A DNA stretch of 64,000 nt from Mytilus trossulus (Eukaryota), in NCBI RefSeq assembly GCF_036588685.1, contig NC_086380.1, positions 74,152,001 through 74,216,000 on the forward strand, in the 5' to 3' direction. A program made the position numbers and the translations under genes. Positions 24,697 through 38,366 of the stretch are shown here, in pieces (position 1 is the first letter of the stretch; every line of letters begins with the position of its first letter). The notes beneath the pieces are model-generated. The model saw only the letters and a list, made by a program, of their open reading frames with translations, did not search any database and was not told the DNA's origin.

Positions 24697-27600
24697 GTTA
24701 TATAATTATGTTTTTTTCTCTTCTTTATTTAAATAAATTGATGGCGATAAAATTCGTTTTTGATGTTTTAAGTAAATTATAACAGTTTTTTAAGTTTCCT
24801 TATCCAAGGTTATGACCAATGGTATTTTACGTATTGTTTTCCTCTGTCTATTTTATGTTTAAACTATGAAATCTACAGTGGCTTAATGATGTACTAAGAT
24901 GATCTAAGGTCAAATTAAATAAAATCACGAATTCAAAATTGATATTTTCAGCTTGAAGAGTTTTAGTTAAGGATCAAAATAAGTAATAATATCAAAAGGT
25001 CACGGAGCTCCATTTCGAGATACTTGATTTATAATTTGGCTGACTCGGACTTTTATACTTTATATTTGCATTGGTATTATTTGGGTCTCAAATCAAAAGA
25101 AAGAAAATCAAGAATCCACTATAACTTTGTCAAATGACCTGTAAGGAGCTATTAAGTCTTAAATGTTAAAAGATAAATAGCTGTTATAGGGCGAAATAGT
25201 TTACATTGTATTGTATGTGAAAAAAAGCCAAGGAGTTCGAACATTTGACACTTATTCCAAAACCTAACCTAAATACATCACTAATGCATCCTCTAAAATA
25301 TTTTATAAAAATAATTGAGAATTGAAAATTGAAAATTGGAATTGTCAGAGAGACACGAAGGTGACTTCAACATAGCCAAAACATTCTCGCATCCGGAAAC
25401 AGGATTCAGATCGACCCTATAATATGTGTAGTAGTTCATTGAAAATTGATGTCATCTTTTAAATTTTTTCTTGGTTATTCTTATATTTGTTATTATTTTC
25501 CTTTACGGTCCTTGCTTTTTTGTTTCTTTTGTGAATGATTGTTTTTTTGTTTTTTTGTTTTGTTTGTTGCTTTGTTTTTTTTGGTTTTCAACACTGTTGT
25601 TTTTATCTATCAGGTAACGATAATTTACAACTACAGGTTTCATATCTTTTCATCTCAGTTACTGTACTTTCTTTGTACAGTTTTGTACTATTTTTGCCTA
25701 TTTAATTTTTTTTGATTGTTAGATTGTCTTGTCTGTGTTTGTTTTATATTGTATGTTTTAATTTTGCAAATTTGGTCTAAATAGCTGAAGGTTGATCCAT
25801 GCTCAGCCAAAACTAGTTTATACCAAGCTATAAATTTGCTTCTGTACATAGTTAAGCTATCTCTATCATTCAGTGTTAGTTATTAGTTTTGTGAGTATCA
25901 ATACATTTTTTACGGGTAATGGTACATTTAATAACTATTTCGACTTTACACGTTAATAATCCACCGATTTATATGTTTCATTTAATCGATATCTGAGCAC
26001 ACAATATATTCAACCACTTAAAATTATTCTCAATTTTCAGTTTTTCAGTGAATACAAGCACCTTTTTGACAACGGTAAACCATACCAAGACTAATATCCC
26101 TAAGGATGATTATCTATCCGAGTCAACACAGAAAGTTATTGGATTCATCATCTGTTTCTTTTCCATTGTTGGTGTAGCTGTCAGCATTACAGTGCTGAAA
26201 ATAGTTCTTACAAAAATACAACGACTGAACTCATCGACTGTGTTCATTCCTGTTTTAGCAATTGTTGGCTTTATTGTATCTGCATTTTTAATGCCTTTAC
26301 ATGCCGCAACAGCATTTGATAGGAGAATTATCTTTGACAAAAACATATGCAGGTTTTATGGATATACTTTTACCTTAATTGGATTGTTATACATTAGTCT
26401 CATAACCACAATGGTAGTCCAATTATACAGAGTGATTGTGTCAACTCGTCCAATCGATGTTGGATTAGACAAAAGGTCTTTTATTTCAGTTTTAGGAGGT
26501 TGTTTCTTGCTTTGTGGAATTGCTTCAGGTAAGTAATGTGTTTATTTGGGGAAAAAAACTGTTTCAAGAAAAATTAAAACAAAAGATGAGATAAAACTAT
26601 TTCCGAAGCAATGTGAAGTCGATTCCCCAGTGGGTTTTTTTATATTTGAAATATGTAATAAGCTATTCTATAAAATAAAATGACAATCAAAACACAAAGA
26701 ATGACAGAGAAAAAACACAGGCGAAATGTAAACAATGGAAAGATATAAATAAAACAAAAATACAAATCGAACAATTTCACTTCTTTGGTGTCATAAACAA
26801 ACCATTGGTATACGACGATACATTTACAAGTGTACATGTATTTGGAAATTTAAAAAAAAAACGAAAAACAGAGGCACATAACAGGATTGTAAAATTCCAC
26901 CTCTTCTGTAAAATATATGACTTTGTAAAAGTAAATATCACTGCATGAAGAAACAGCGACGTTAAGAAAGAAACAACAACTTTAAGTAAGGGGGACTGTG
27001 TAGGCTAATGCTCACATTATTCTCTACTGATTCGGACTCCAAATGTCCTCCTTTATACGCCATAATTTATTGTGCGGTCCCAATTCGCGTTTTAAAAATC
27101 ATGAGTAATTTCATTATTCGTACCCCAAAATGAAAATAACGTCACGTCATTGGTTGAATTTCCACTGTATATGACATTTTTAACCAATCACGATGTTTTG
27201 ATGTACACTTTTACAAATATTACCCAGCATGCATTAGATTCTGAAACGGCGAATTAAAGAAGACTCATACGGAGACAAAAGACAAGACGAAACAGTCAAT
27301 CAGTCGTTAATTTAACTCTATAAAAAGTAGAATAACAAAAATACGAACTCCTAGGAAAAAAACATAACGGAATGTCAATTATTATATGGCAAAAATCAAC
27401 GCTGAAACACATCAAACGAAAGGAAAACAAATTTCATATTCCGGACTTGCTACAGACATTTTCTTATGTAAACAATGATTAATTTTATCTAGTTTAGAAG
27501 TTAACTGAGCCGTTCACATTTAGCTAAGCGTACACGCGTCCCAAAAAACGGACTAAAACAATAACAGGATATTATTTTCTAATTGGGTAAGATCATTAAA

Positions 27601-30509
27601 TTTACCCATAGTCGTTTAGATTCTAAAACAGACAGAATCATAAAGTATATATACCTTTATTTGACAGCGAATGTTTCTATGACATTGTATAACTTTATAT
27701 TGTGTATAGACGTTTCCTTGATTTGTAACTTTTTTACTTTTTTGAAATCTACAGTGCAATTACCGACAGTTTTTAAGATTGTGAATCAGCGGGTGTCAGT
27801 ATTTAATTGTATAATCCGAAAATAACGTAACTTTGTAATTTTGTAGCTTTCCCGCTATTTGGAATTGCTGCGTATGAACCTTACCGAAGACCTTCACTAT
27901 GCCATATGAGATGGATACCGTTTAACCAAAGTGATATAGTTTATTATATAAGTCTCCTGATTCTATTCTTTGTGTTCCCAACCATCTTGATTTCTGCTTC
28001 ATACACAGTAATCTATTTCAAGGTTAGTGCTTTAATGGTGTTGTATGTACTTTATATGGTTTTTAGGTGGTATTAAACACCTTAAAACTTAAGCTAATGT
28101 GGCTCGTGTAATTTTCATAAAAAAATCAACATTAAACTAACTTTTTTCACTGGAAAATTATATAAAAATTTCATAGAATTTGAATCACAACCTATATTGG
28201 AAAAAAACATATATAGTAGGTTGACATTAAATTTTCGCCTGAAGCGCATTTCGTCTACAAAAGACTCATCAGTGACGCTCGAATAAAAATTTGAATGCCA
28301 CATGAAGTACGAAGTTTAAGAGCACTTAGGACCAACAATTTCTAAATGCGTTGTCAAATACAGCAAGGATAATCCATTCCGAAGGTAGAAAGGTCTTAGT
28401 ATTTCAAAACTCAGAGTTTTGAAAACAGTTAATTAATAATTCTCACCACATCAATGATAGTTCATGTCAACGAAGAAGTGCTGACAATTGGGTTGGTGAT
28501 ACCATTGGTAAATTAAAACTCCACCAGCAGTGGCATCGACCAAATGGTTGTAAATAAACTCGTCATAGATATCATGATTGAATTTGTATATCCACAGTTA
28601 TGATGATTAGATTTAGGAAAATGTGGTATGAGTGCCAATGAGCCAACTCTCCATCCAAATAACAATTTATAAAAGTAAACCATTATAGGTCAAGGTACGG
28701 TCTTCAACACGGAGCCCTGGCTTACACCGAACAACAAGCTGAAAAGGGCCCCAAAATTACTAGCGTAAAACCCTTTAAACGGGAAAACCAACGGTATAAT
28801 TGTAATAAAAAAGTGAAACGAGAAACACGAATAAATTACTTAAACAAACGACAACTATCGTACATCAGAATCCTAACTGAGGACAGGTGCAAACATTTGC
28901 AGCGGGATTAAACGTTTTAATGGTACTAAACCTTCATTGTACATTCATCTTTCATTTCAGACCAAGGATTCATCTTCCAGGTCTTTAACGTCAACCAGAA
29001 ATAGACATCGTCAACTTTTCATGTTAAAGACTTTCATCATTATCACAGGTAATTTAACTTTTACTTCGACCAAAAATAGACATCGTCAACTTTTCATGTT
29101 AAAGACATTCATCATTATAACCAGTAATTAATCCACTTTTTTCTACATACGAACATTCCTGTACCCTTCAGGAATTTGACAGTTGTTATCCATTGGTTTA
29201 ATTTGTTTGAGCTTTTGATTGGGGCATTTCCTTTTTGAATTTTCCTTGGAGTGCAGTATTTTTGTGATTTTGCTATAACTTTTACTTTTATTTCAAAAAG
29301 GTGGTACCAAACATATTCAGTAAAATTAGTTTGGCTCGTTTGATTTTCATTAACTTTTGACAAATTAGTTTCTTCGACCATTTAACAAAAATATAAAAAT
29401 CCAGTGATGCGCTAATGCCTTTTCTTTCGTCTTTTAAAAGTATTCTTAGTATATTTGGACCAATATTTTGATGCTCGTTTGCATCAAAAAGATTCTTACA
29501 TGCAACATTTGATTCCATTAGAAAGAAAAAAACATCAAAATGAGTTATAAAAAAACGTTACTTGAGTAATGATGCAAAATACTTTAACATTAATTTAAAA
29601 GACGTCAAACATGAAACAACATTATGTTTATATAGCTGATGACATCATCATGTAATTACAAATAAGCATAAACAACAAATTCAGTAATGCTGATGCGATT
29701 ATTGTGTGGACCTGAATCAAGAAAAGACATATACATTTTGTGTCCTCTTTTTATTTATATAACAGGATTGTTTTTGTTAAAAAAAAAATTGGATGTCATT
29801 GCCTAACGTAATTAAAAAAAAATCTAACCCGTTATTTTTAAGAATCAAATAATTTTTATTGTTCAGTTTTGACAAAAAATATCGATAAGACTGTACATAC
29901 GTAGCTAACTGATTTCGTCTTATAGGACATCTCAGATAATATGTGTTCGCTTAATGTGTTGAGCTTTTGAAAAGGACTTTCCGTTTTGAATTTTCCTTTC
30001 AGTTCTATATACATGTATTTGTTAATTTACTTTATCATGTTTATACATATGGAGTTTAAATTCCTTCACATAGTAAATATCAAGCGATTTAAGTAACAGC
30101 AAATTTAATCTTATTTATTACAGGTGCCTTTATATTGACCTGGTTACCTTATGTGATATGTGTTATTATGGATTTAGCTGGAGTTGACTACCATTCATAT
30201 TCCCACAACATCTATCTTTTCTGTTCGATGATAGCAAAAGTGTCTCTTACATGGATACCGGCGATATTTATTATTCGTCACAGTTATTATAGAAATGACT
30301 TGGAAATAATGGCCAATGAAATGATTGAAAAAGTTGAAAAATTAACAATGTCATCAGGCGAGTACAATTTAGATAGTGTGGGCATGTCTGTTGAAGGGAA
30401 AGTCGCTGGCGGAATTGAAGTTGTAGCAGATGAGTATGAAATGATTGAAACAATTCCTTCAAATACGGTTCTCGTATCTTATAATAGATTATCAGTGAGT
30501 GAAATATAA
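24680..30509 (+). CDS. Opsin-like class A GPCR, 5 exons: 24680-24696 (or its copies 22272-22288 / 23932-23948), 26041-26528, 27847-28022, 28961-29048, 30124-30509; about 384 aa
   Basis: GT-AG introns with compatible phases (2,1,0,1) give 1155 nt in one frame. The protein has 7 hydrophobic segments, N-terminal NxS/T sites (NNS, NTS, NHT), TM3 CRFYG, ECL2 PLFG..YEP...C...W, TM5 FFVFP...SY, TM6 WLPY and TM7 MIAK (Lys codon 30237-39, rhodopsin K296 position). Exon 1 is inferred. Confidence 0.85.
28235..28278 (-). ncRNA. Type I hammerhead ribozyme in opsin intron 3, antisense (repeat about 28232-28590)
   Basis: Reverse complement gcgtca CTGATGA gtc ttttgta gac GAAA tgcgct TC aggcga; stem mismatches. 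Confidence 0.75.
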
Positions 30510-32811
30510 AGGATTACAAGTTTGTCATGACTAATGGACAATCAAATTATTTTTAATTCACACAAATGATTTTTTTAACCAAATAATATGATACAAATTG
30601 TTGTTTCTGACTTTTGTTTATAGTGTTAAATGCCAATCACATTTGGGAACCGAACTGGGAGACAGGATCTTGAAAAAGGTAAAATCACAAAAATACTGAA
30701 CCCAGAGGAAAATCAAATCGGAAAGTCCCTGTCACATGGCAAAATCAAATGACAAAACACATAAAAAACGAACGGACAAGAACTGTCATATTCCTGACTA
30801 GGTACAGGCATTTTCAAATGTAGAAAATGGTGAGAAATGGAATCGGTTCTTGTTGTGGAGGTATTTCAAGAAACACAATGCCAAAGTGGCGTCTATTTTC
30901 TTTGAAATAGTACATATTTTGTTTCGGGGACTTGAAGGTGAAAAAGTATGTGCATTTTTTAAGACTTGTTGCCAAAACTACAAATGAATCAACATGCAAA
31001 AATATGGTGCATTACTTTATATCTTTTCTAAAGAAATAATATTTATTTATTTCCAGAATGTAAATAGCTCCCTTATCTTCTTACTTTTATGATCTAATTT
31101 AAAACAAAAACAGCGTCAACGTCTAGAAACGTGAACAACACTTTATAGTTGACGTTTAAAATGGGGAAAAGAGGAATTGAGGATGTTTGCTTGTCATGTT
31201 TTGTAATTTTTTACAGATTAGCGAAATCCTCAGGTTTTATCCATTTCAATGCCATTAAAAATTGCCCATGGACCCCCATTTTTCTTTTTAAAAATCTTTA
31301 ACATGTATAATTATAAGCCATTTGTACAAGTCTTATAAAATCTTAATTATATTTTGATAGTTTTTGATAACTTTAACTGGTCAATAATAAAGATATGAAA
31401 AATCAAGAGAGAACATTTTCCCGCAAAAATTTCAATGGCTAATATCCCGAAAACAAGCACATTGATTCCTATATTTATTTTGCTTTTTTAATTCCTGAAT
31501 CAATATCCTATCAATATATACTAGTTTTATGGAAAGTTACTAATTTTGAAACTGAGCAGCAAACTTCCTTAAGTACGGGAGAGGATTGTCCCGATGCATA
31601 GACTAGATTTTTTCCTAATAGTTAGTAAATTTGGATTGCCCTGAACTGATAGCCTCCATATAGGAGGACGTGAAATTAAAATAAAATAAATCCTTCCATT
31701 CGTTTTTCAAAATAGTCTTTAAATGATGATTTGAAGTACACTACATATCAATAAAGGCAAAAGCCGTAAAGAAAGACGTGTTTGCTTGCGTATGAAAGCC
31801 GCATGTCTGTTGTATAAAAAAGACAATAAAAAAAACGTAATTAATATGTTAAAATGAGATTCAAATATTTTTATTTACATCTTCAAAGTTTCTATTGACA
31901 ACGAAGACTACATTGTGGCTACAACAGGCGAAACATACTCATGGTCATGTATGCCTCAGATTTTCAATAAACGGTCAACCAAATCAAAATGACATTCGTT
32001 AAACTCTCGTAAGATATCGAAAGATATAAAATTGAGAATGGAAATGGGGAATGTGTCAAAGAGACAACAACCCGACCAAATAAAAAACAAACAACAGCAG
32101 AAGGTCACCAACTGGTCTTCAATGTAGCGAGAAATTCCCGCACCCGGAGGCGTCCTTCAGCTGGCCCCTAAACAAATATATATTAGTTCAGTGATAATGA
32201 ACGCCATACTAATTTCCAAATTGTACACAAGAAACTAAAATTAAAATAATACAAGACTAACAAAGGCCAGAGGCTCCTGACTTGGGACAGGCGCAAAAAT
32301 GCGTCGGGGTTAAACATGTTTGTGTCTTCATCGTTACCATTTAGAACATTAGGTTCGACAACTTTACTTACTCTTCAAAACATAATTTTGAATGTACCTA
32401 AAACACAGTTTCAAAAGGATTTAGGAAATTTTTCCTATTGGATATGACACCATTTGAAAATTAAGCGGTGGCTATCTTGATAAAATGATTTTTTTTTATG
32501 GCCAGCATCTTATTTTTTTAAGGATCGTTTATTCAACCTTTATACCAATTTGAATGCTTGTGTCACGATTTGCACAATCTTTTCCATATAATATTTCCCA
32601 CTAAAACCACCTAGGATCATCTTTAATGGGATTTGTGTTGCTGGGTCTTTAGTAGTATATTGTGTGTTCATTGGTGTTTATAAATTATCACTATCCGTTT
32701 GTTCTCTAATGGTGATTTTAACGATTTTTTTAGTATTTTCTTTTTGGAATTTTGGATCCTCAATGCTCTTCAACTTTGTATTTGTTTGGCTTTATAATCA
32801 TTTTGATATGA

Positions 32812-32855
32812 GCGTCACTGATGAGTCTTATGTAGACGAAACGCGCGTCTGGCGT
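32812..32855 (+). ncRNA. Type I minimal hammerhead ribozyme, intact, in a retrozyme-like repeat (32744-32890)
   Basis: gcgtca CTGATGA gtc ttatgta gac GAAA cgcgcg TC^ tggcgt; predicted cleavage after C32849; palindromic stem III. Confidence 0.92.
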
Positions 32856-33039
32856 ACTAAATTATAATCCTGGTACCTTTGATAACTATTCCGTCTACGT
32901 TATTGTTTCAAGGAATCTTTGTTTAGTGCTATAGTATCAAGGTTCATTTTACCATTAGATGACTTCATTCCTATATCGAATTACGTTGGCCTGTTTTATA
33001 TTTGTTTTATTCGAGAGTCACTAAAGAGTCTTTTCTTAA

Positions 33040-34745
33040 CACAATTGTAATCTGTGGTTCTATAATGCGTTAATTTATGCATTCTTTTGTATAAATTAAT
33101 ATTTTGATTAATTCATTAAAATTTTCTTTACATTAGACATATAAACTATTACAATTGAAACAAATATCAAAACCATATACTGTACAGGGTGTCAAAATGC
33201 AATAATGAAAGCAACTTGTCCCTACAGAATTATAGGGATCATCGTTAGGTATGGTAAAATACTGATACACTATTAATGGTGAACGGTGATGGTTGCAATA
33301 CATTGAGCTGGTTGTCATTTGAGCGGACGATCGAGCGTCAATTTATAGAGTTTTCCTGTTTTGCCTTTTAGATATTACGCGTTTATTGATTTCTTCAACA
33401 TTTGTCTGATCAATAAGGAAAAAATGGTATGTGAAGATATTTTTTTTTTTGTACAAACGAACAACTGATGTCACGTGACAGTAATGTCATATGTGGGCGT
33501 TCTTGTTAATCTAAGTATAAACTTAACGTCATTAATAAAAACGAAAAGCGCTAATTGATTCAAAACAAAATGAATCATTTTTTTTTAATATGTGACATGA
33601 AATGGTTCCAACATGTCAGTTTTAACAAAATGCAATCAAAGATCGGGTAATTTATCTCCCTGTAGAAAACAAATGTCAAACTTTTGTAATCATTGAAATA
33701 TAACTTGCGGGTTTGAAGTGTAAATCTAATGTTACTACTTCTTTATGTACAGTATATCTTCATTTGATTCGCCTTCATTTTGTAATAGCATGCATGGTCA
33801 CTTTTATTTCCCTCTTATCAATTTGAATGTGTCTTCAGTATATTTCTCGTCTCCTTAAAAGTTGGTTTGGATTGTTTGTTTCACGAACTTAAATGCCATC
33901 TTAATACGTATTCTTCATAATGTGATGTTTTGCTTTGATTTTGCTTTGTATAATGGTTTTTCAAACTTTTTGGTTTTGGTCGTCTCTAATGAAGGAAAGA
34001 GGCAGCAATATTTTTTTTAGAATGAAAATGGGGCATGTGCCAAAGAGACAACAACCCGACTAAAGAGCAGATAACAGCCGAAGGCCACCAGCGAGTCTTC
34101 AGTCTGCGAGAAAATCCCGCACCCGGAATTTAGTTATGGATAAAACTATTGAAATAAAGTCATTATCTAAGCATCATTCTAGTATAATGAAAATGGTTTG
34201 GTCTCCTTATATAAAACATGTATTTGAAAAATTATATTTCAATGAACGATACCCACTGCAAAGAAATATAACATTCAGCAACACTAACTTAATCAAATTG
34301 TATCATGAGTTTATTTATGCATTCTTTTGTATCAATTAATATTTTGATAAATTCATTAGAATTGTCTTTACATATTAAGAAACATAAAGTATTAAAATTG
34401 AAACACAAATTAACATTTAAAATCATTAATTGTACAGGGTTCAAAAGGCATTAGTTTCATAATGAAAGCATCTTGTTATAGGGTTATAGGTATCATCGTT
34501 AAGTATGGCAAAAACTGATACACTAATAATCGTTAACGGTAATGGTTGCAATAAGTTGACACCGCTGGTGGTCATTTAAACGGACGATCGAGCGTCAATT
34601 TGTAGAGTTTTCCTGTTTTGCCTTTTAGATATAACTCGTTTATTTCTTTCTTTAATATTTGTCTGATCAATAACGAAATATATGTTACATGAAAATATAT
34701 GTTTAGTACCAAAAAACTGTTGTCACGTGACAATATTGTCGTCTG
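33040..34745. repeat. Diverged direct duplication, about 450 bp (33040-33490 vs 34290-34745)
   Basis: cggacgatcgagcgtcaattt.tagagttttcctgttttgccttttagatat in both copies. Confidence 0.9.
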
Positions 34746-35338
34746 TTAGCGCTGCGTCATTGTAAATTTAAAAGTACAAAGTTGATATGTTTTGGCATCC
34801 TGATAGAAAAAAATATTGAAGTTTTATTTCAATGAATTGAAGGAATCCACTACAAAAAAAAAAAAATATTTAGAAAAACGACCTTAATAAAAAAAAACAT
34901 GATTAAATCGTGTGCTCCTACAGGGAACGCAGACAATTATCCATATCTGACATATGTCGCGTTGCTTATGCTTATGAAAATTGTATGTCTAATTCGGGAA
35001 TGACAAATTCGACAAAAAGAGGACGGGATTGTGTTAACGACTATGTGAAACAGATAATAGTCAACCAATTTGCGATGGCGCCCTTAGGAGTTTCGCAGTG
35101 GTGATTTCTTCAACTTTCTTCAACTTTCTATCTGGGCAGCTGACATAATCTCCTTGGTAGTAAAGTTTTGCATCAACCGGCCCCATTGTTATGTTCGAGA
35201 TACGAGTCAAGACATGGAGCAGGCTTAAGTTTTCTTTATGTTTTCATAAGTAGCTCTTGTATAAAGTCTGTCTCTTTTGAAAGAAGAAACAAGTAAGAAC
35301 ACAGTTCATACCGATATGTTAACCGATTGCTTTGTTAA

Positions 35339-35930
35339 AGTATATAGGGTGTCGTCCTCCATCTTGGATTTTGAAATACCAGAAATATCGGTCTAGATCT
35401 TTAATAGAATGTGCAAAAGTAGGTAATTTATGGTTCATTTGAATATAGAAAATTACATTTTTTATCATAGTTATGTTTGTATTTCACAAAAAAAAACAAA
35501 AAAAACTTTAGTTTGATTCATTTTTTTCCAAAATTACCACAAAAGGGGAAGCAACTCATGTGTAAGGGCAGATAATTCAGATAAAGGTATTTTTACAATA
35601 GAATGTGTTAGCAGTTTACCTGTTTTATTATGAATCAAGAAAACGGATGCAGTGACCCCATGTTTTCTTTTTTCTTATCTGAAAGCATATACTATTAAAG
35701 ATGTCTTCTCATGTTTTATCTCAAAACTATATGGTGTTGTTTTCGTTTTATGGCAAAAAATTGGGTTTCCCATGCATACTCTTTACAAAATCTGTCAATT
35801 TTGAGCAACATGTAGCGTGAAAATAAGCCCCGTGACCGATTCTTTTTTTTCTTTTTTTTAAAGCATGAAATAAACTACATTTTGGCAAATTATTAAAAAA
35901 ATCTATAGACTTTTAGACACTCCATCTACC
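35339..35930. mobile_element. Degenerate TTAA-flanked MITE (Kolobok-like)
   Basis: ttaa|agtatatagggtgtc ... gacactccatctacc|ttaa (11/15 TIR match). Confidence 0.55.
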
Positions 35931-37184
35931 TTAAAAGTACGCCATAAAAACGTAAAAACATGTTATCAATCAAATTCAAGCGACTAGCAACTTGACAATG
36001 TCAGTGTCAGAGAACTAATTTATTAAAGGGTTTTCTCTTCCCGTTGGTAATTCTATCGTGTTTTTCGTTTAATTGATTCAACAATGGTCTTCATCTTTCT
36101 GTTGACATCACGTATGCCTTATTGTTTGGACAAGTGTGTTAGGAAACCTGATTTTTGACGTGTGAACAACCAAACGGCTATCATAATATCATTAGCCTAG
36201 ATCAACGTCATCGTTACTAATTCAAAAATTTTAATTCTGATATACAGTCGTGTTATTCAGCTGCGCATGCATATTCACATTATACTGGTTTTATTAGAAG
36301 TGTTGAGTTCCTTGTATTATACATGTTATATTAAACATGTTTAAGGCGATTTTGCAGGGTTATGAAGAAGAATGACTAATATCGACACCTCCTTACATTT
36401 TTCGGTCACCATGGCGAATTGCTAGACCGATCTGTGTAAAGTGAAATCACTAATAAACTGAACTCCGAGGAAAATGGAAAACGGTAGGTCCCTAATCAAA
36501 TGGCAAAATCAAAAGGTTTAACACATCAAACGTTCAATATCGTTCAATGTGATAGCTGTTACATAGTGCTACGTAGATTTTTGTCTATTGAACGTGAAGA
36601 TAGCCTATAGTTTCTACGCATATATTGATAACAGCTACAAAGCGATATTGAACACGATCCTGCATAGGGAAACTCTCAAAGATTAAACCAAACACACGCA
36701 GATCGGCAATAAAGGTTAGATACAATTTTCTAATAATAATAAACTCATTATAGATATGAATAAGTCTTAGTTAATGGAAATATTAGATGATTTTTCAGTA
36801 TTTGTAATTCATCAAATGGAATGGTATATGTTAAGCTTGCATTTGTAATATAAGACACTGAACCTGTCGACGCAGCTGATCTCGTACATACAATATCCTC
36901 AGTTGTGTGTGTTCCTTGTGAAGGTAAATCAAAAATAGGGAAGATCATGAAATTTTTAACGTGTTATTTTAATTTGTGTGGTTTCTTACATCACGGTAAC
37001 TTACTATTGCTGATAACGGATGCACAAGAACATACCCTACAAAAGCGTCATATTAAAATCATGAGACAACTATCCACCAAAGATTAAACGGAGTGGATGT
37101 AGGCAAGTATAGGTAATTGTATGGCATCAGTCAGTAACAAACTAAATAACCCATACCGTACCACTTACAGGAAACCTGTAGGTA

Positions 37185-37392
37185 CCATCACTAGAATGGA
37201 ACCACCAAGGACATCGGAGACCGGGGAGACCATTTCATAGCTGGAGAAGACCAAGGCTCAAGGAGCTGGAGGAAATTGGATATACCTGGAGCGAAGCAAA
37301 AAGGATAGCCCAAAATAGAGTAAGATAGAAACCTACTGTAACAGCCCTATGTTCCACAAGGAACGAAGAGGTTTAAGTCAAGTTTGTCAAGT
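37185..37392 (+). mobile_element. 3' end of an RTE-clade LINE
   Basis: Translates LEWNHQGHRRPGRPFHSWRR..YTWSEAKRIAQNRVR*..ALCSTRNEEV*, then short aagt repeats. Confidence 0.8.
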
Positions 37393-37719
37393 ATGGTCGG
37401 TTTAAAAGGGGCCGACATTAAAATACCACCAGAAACGGCTTAAGCTAAAATGTGATATGATCGTCTTCTTTTTTTACTACTATTGACAAACATTACAAAC
37501 ATAAGCTCTAATGAGCTTTTCACCGAATTTAATAACATAAAAAAACATGTACAAGGTAGCATGCAATGAATAATAAAAAGAAGAACAAAAAATAAAGCTA
37601 AGCAAATAGCATATACATGTATTTTGCAAAATACCAAAACATATATATGAAGCACTATTTTTTTATTTTAATTTGCAGTTTAAAAAGGATTTTTTTAAAT
37701 AATTTATGATTTTCAAATC

Positions 37720-38165
37720 TTTTAAATTTTAAAATGTAAAAAACAAAATTTCAGTTGCAATGCAAGCTGTTAATGCATCACAAAAAGCATAAATATTGTA
37801 ACACAAATCATCTACAGGCAGAGCAAAAACATTCTGTTCCACTCCTGGACTGAACAAGACTCTTAAAATGTGAGAAGCTATTAACAGTCCTGAAATGGCC
37901 TGGTAAGCTATTCCATAAAGAAGCAGCAGCAATACTAAAAGATTTTTGTTTCCGTATAAGGTAGTTCTTACCTGTGGTATGTCCAAAATATTACTGTATC
38001 TAAAATAATTTTAAGTGTGTTTAATTTGGAGTAAATTTTGTAGACATACAGGAGCCAAATTATTTAAAATTTTATAAGTCTCAAGTTCCATTGTCCTGAT
38101 GCGACTTATTTGGGTTGGAACCTTTACGTTCTGAAGAAGAGTTTCAGAGTAGTCGTCAAATCTTA
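37720..38165 (-). mobile_element. 3' remnant of a CR1/L2-like LINE
   Basis: Minus strand reads IPQVRTTLYG then, frameshifted, LWNSLP..F..SHFKS..WSG.EC.CS.C, typical of an ORF2 C-terminus. Confidence 0.7.
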
Positions 38166-38366
38166 CTGAAGCCAAAGGGTGCCGCAAAAATTAAAATTAC
38201 TCAAAATAAAAGTATTTAAAAAAATATTAACAATCCGGAAATTCAATTGACTCGATATACAACTCTTATATTATATATTTCATTTTAAATCACTCTAATG
38301 ATTTAGATGATGCGCATGTGTGTTGCCGGCCCGCTTGTGCAACTGTAAACAGAAAATTTTAAGACG

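Larger units (their letters stand above)
21570..25910. repeat. Tandem triplication upstream of the opsin-like gene
   Basis: aattcgcctatattacc...gatgcaaataaataacagg occurs three times; identical or near-identical MKIIENVNL ORFs at 22481 and 24145. Confidence 0.93.
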
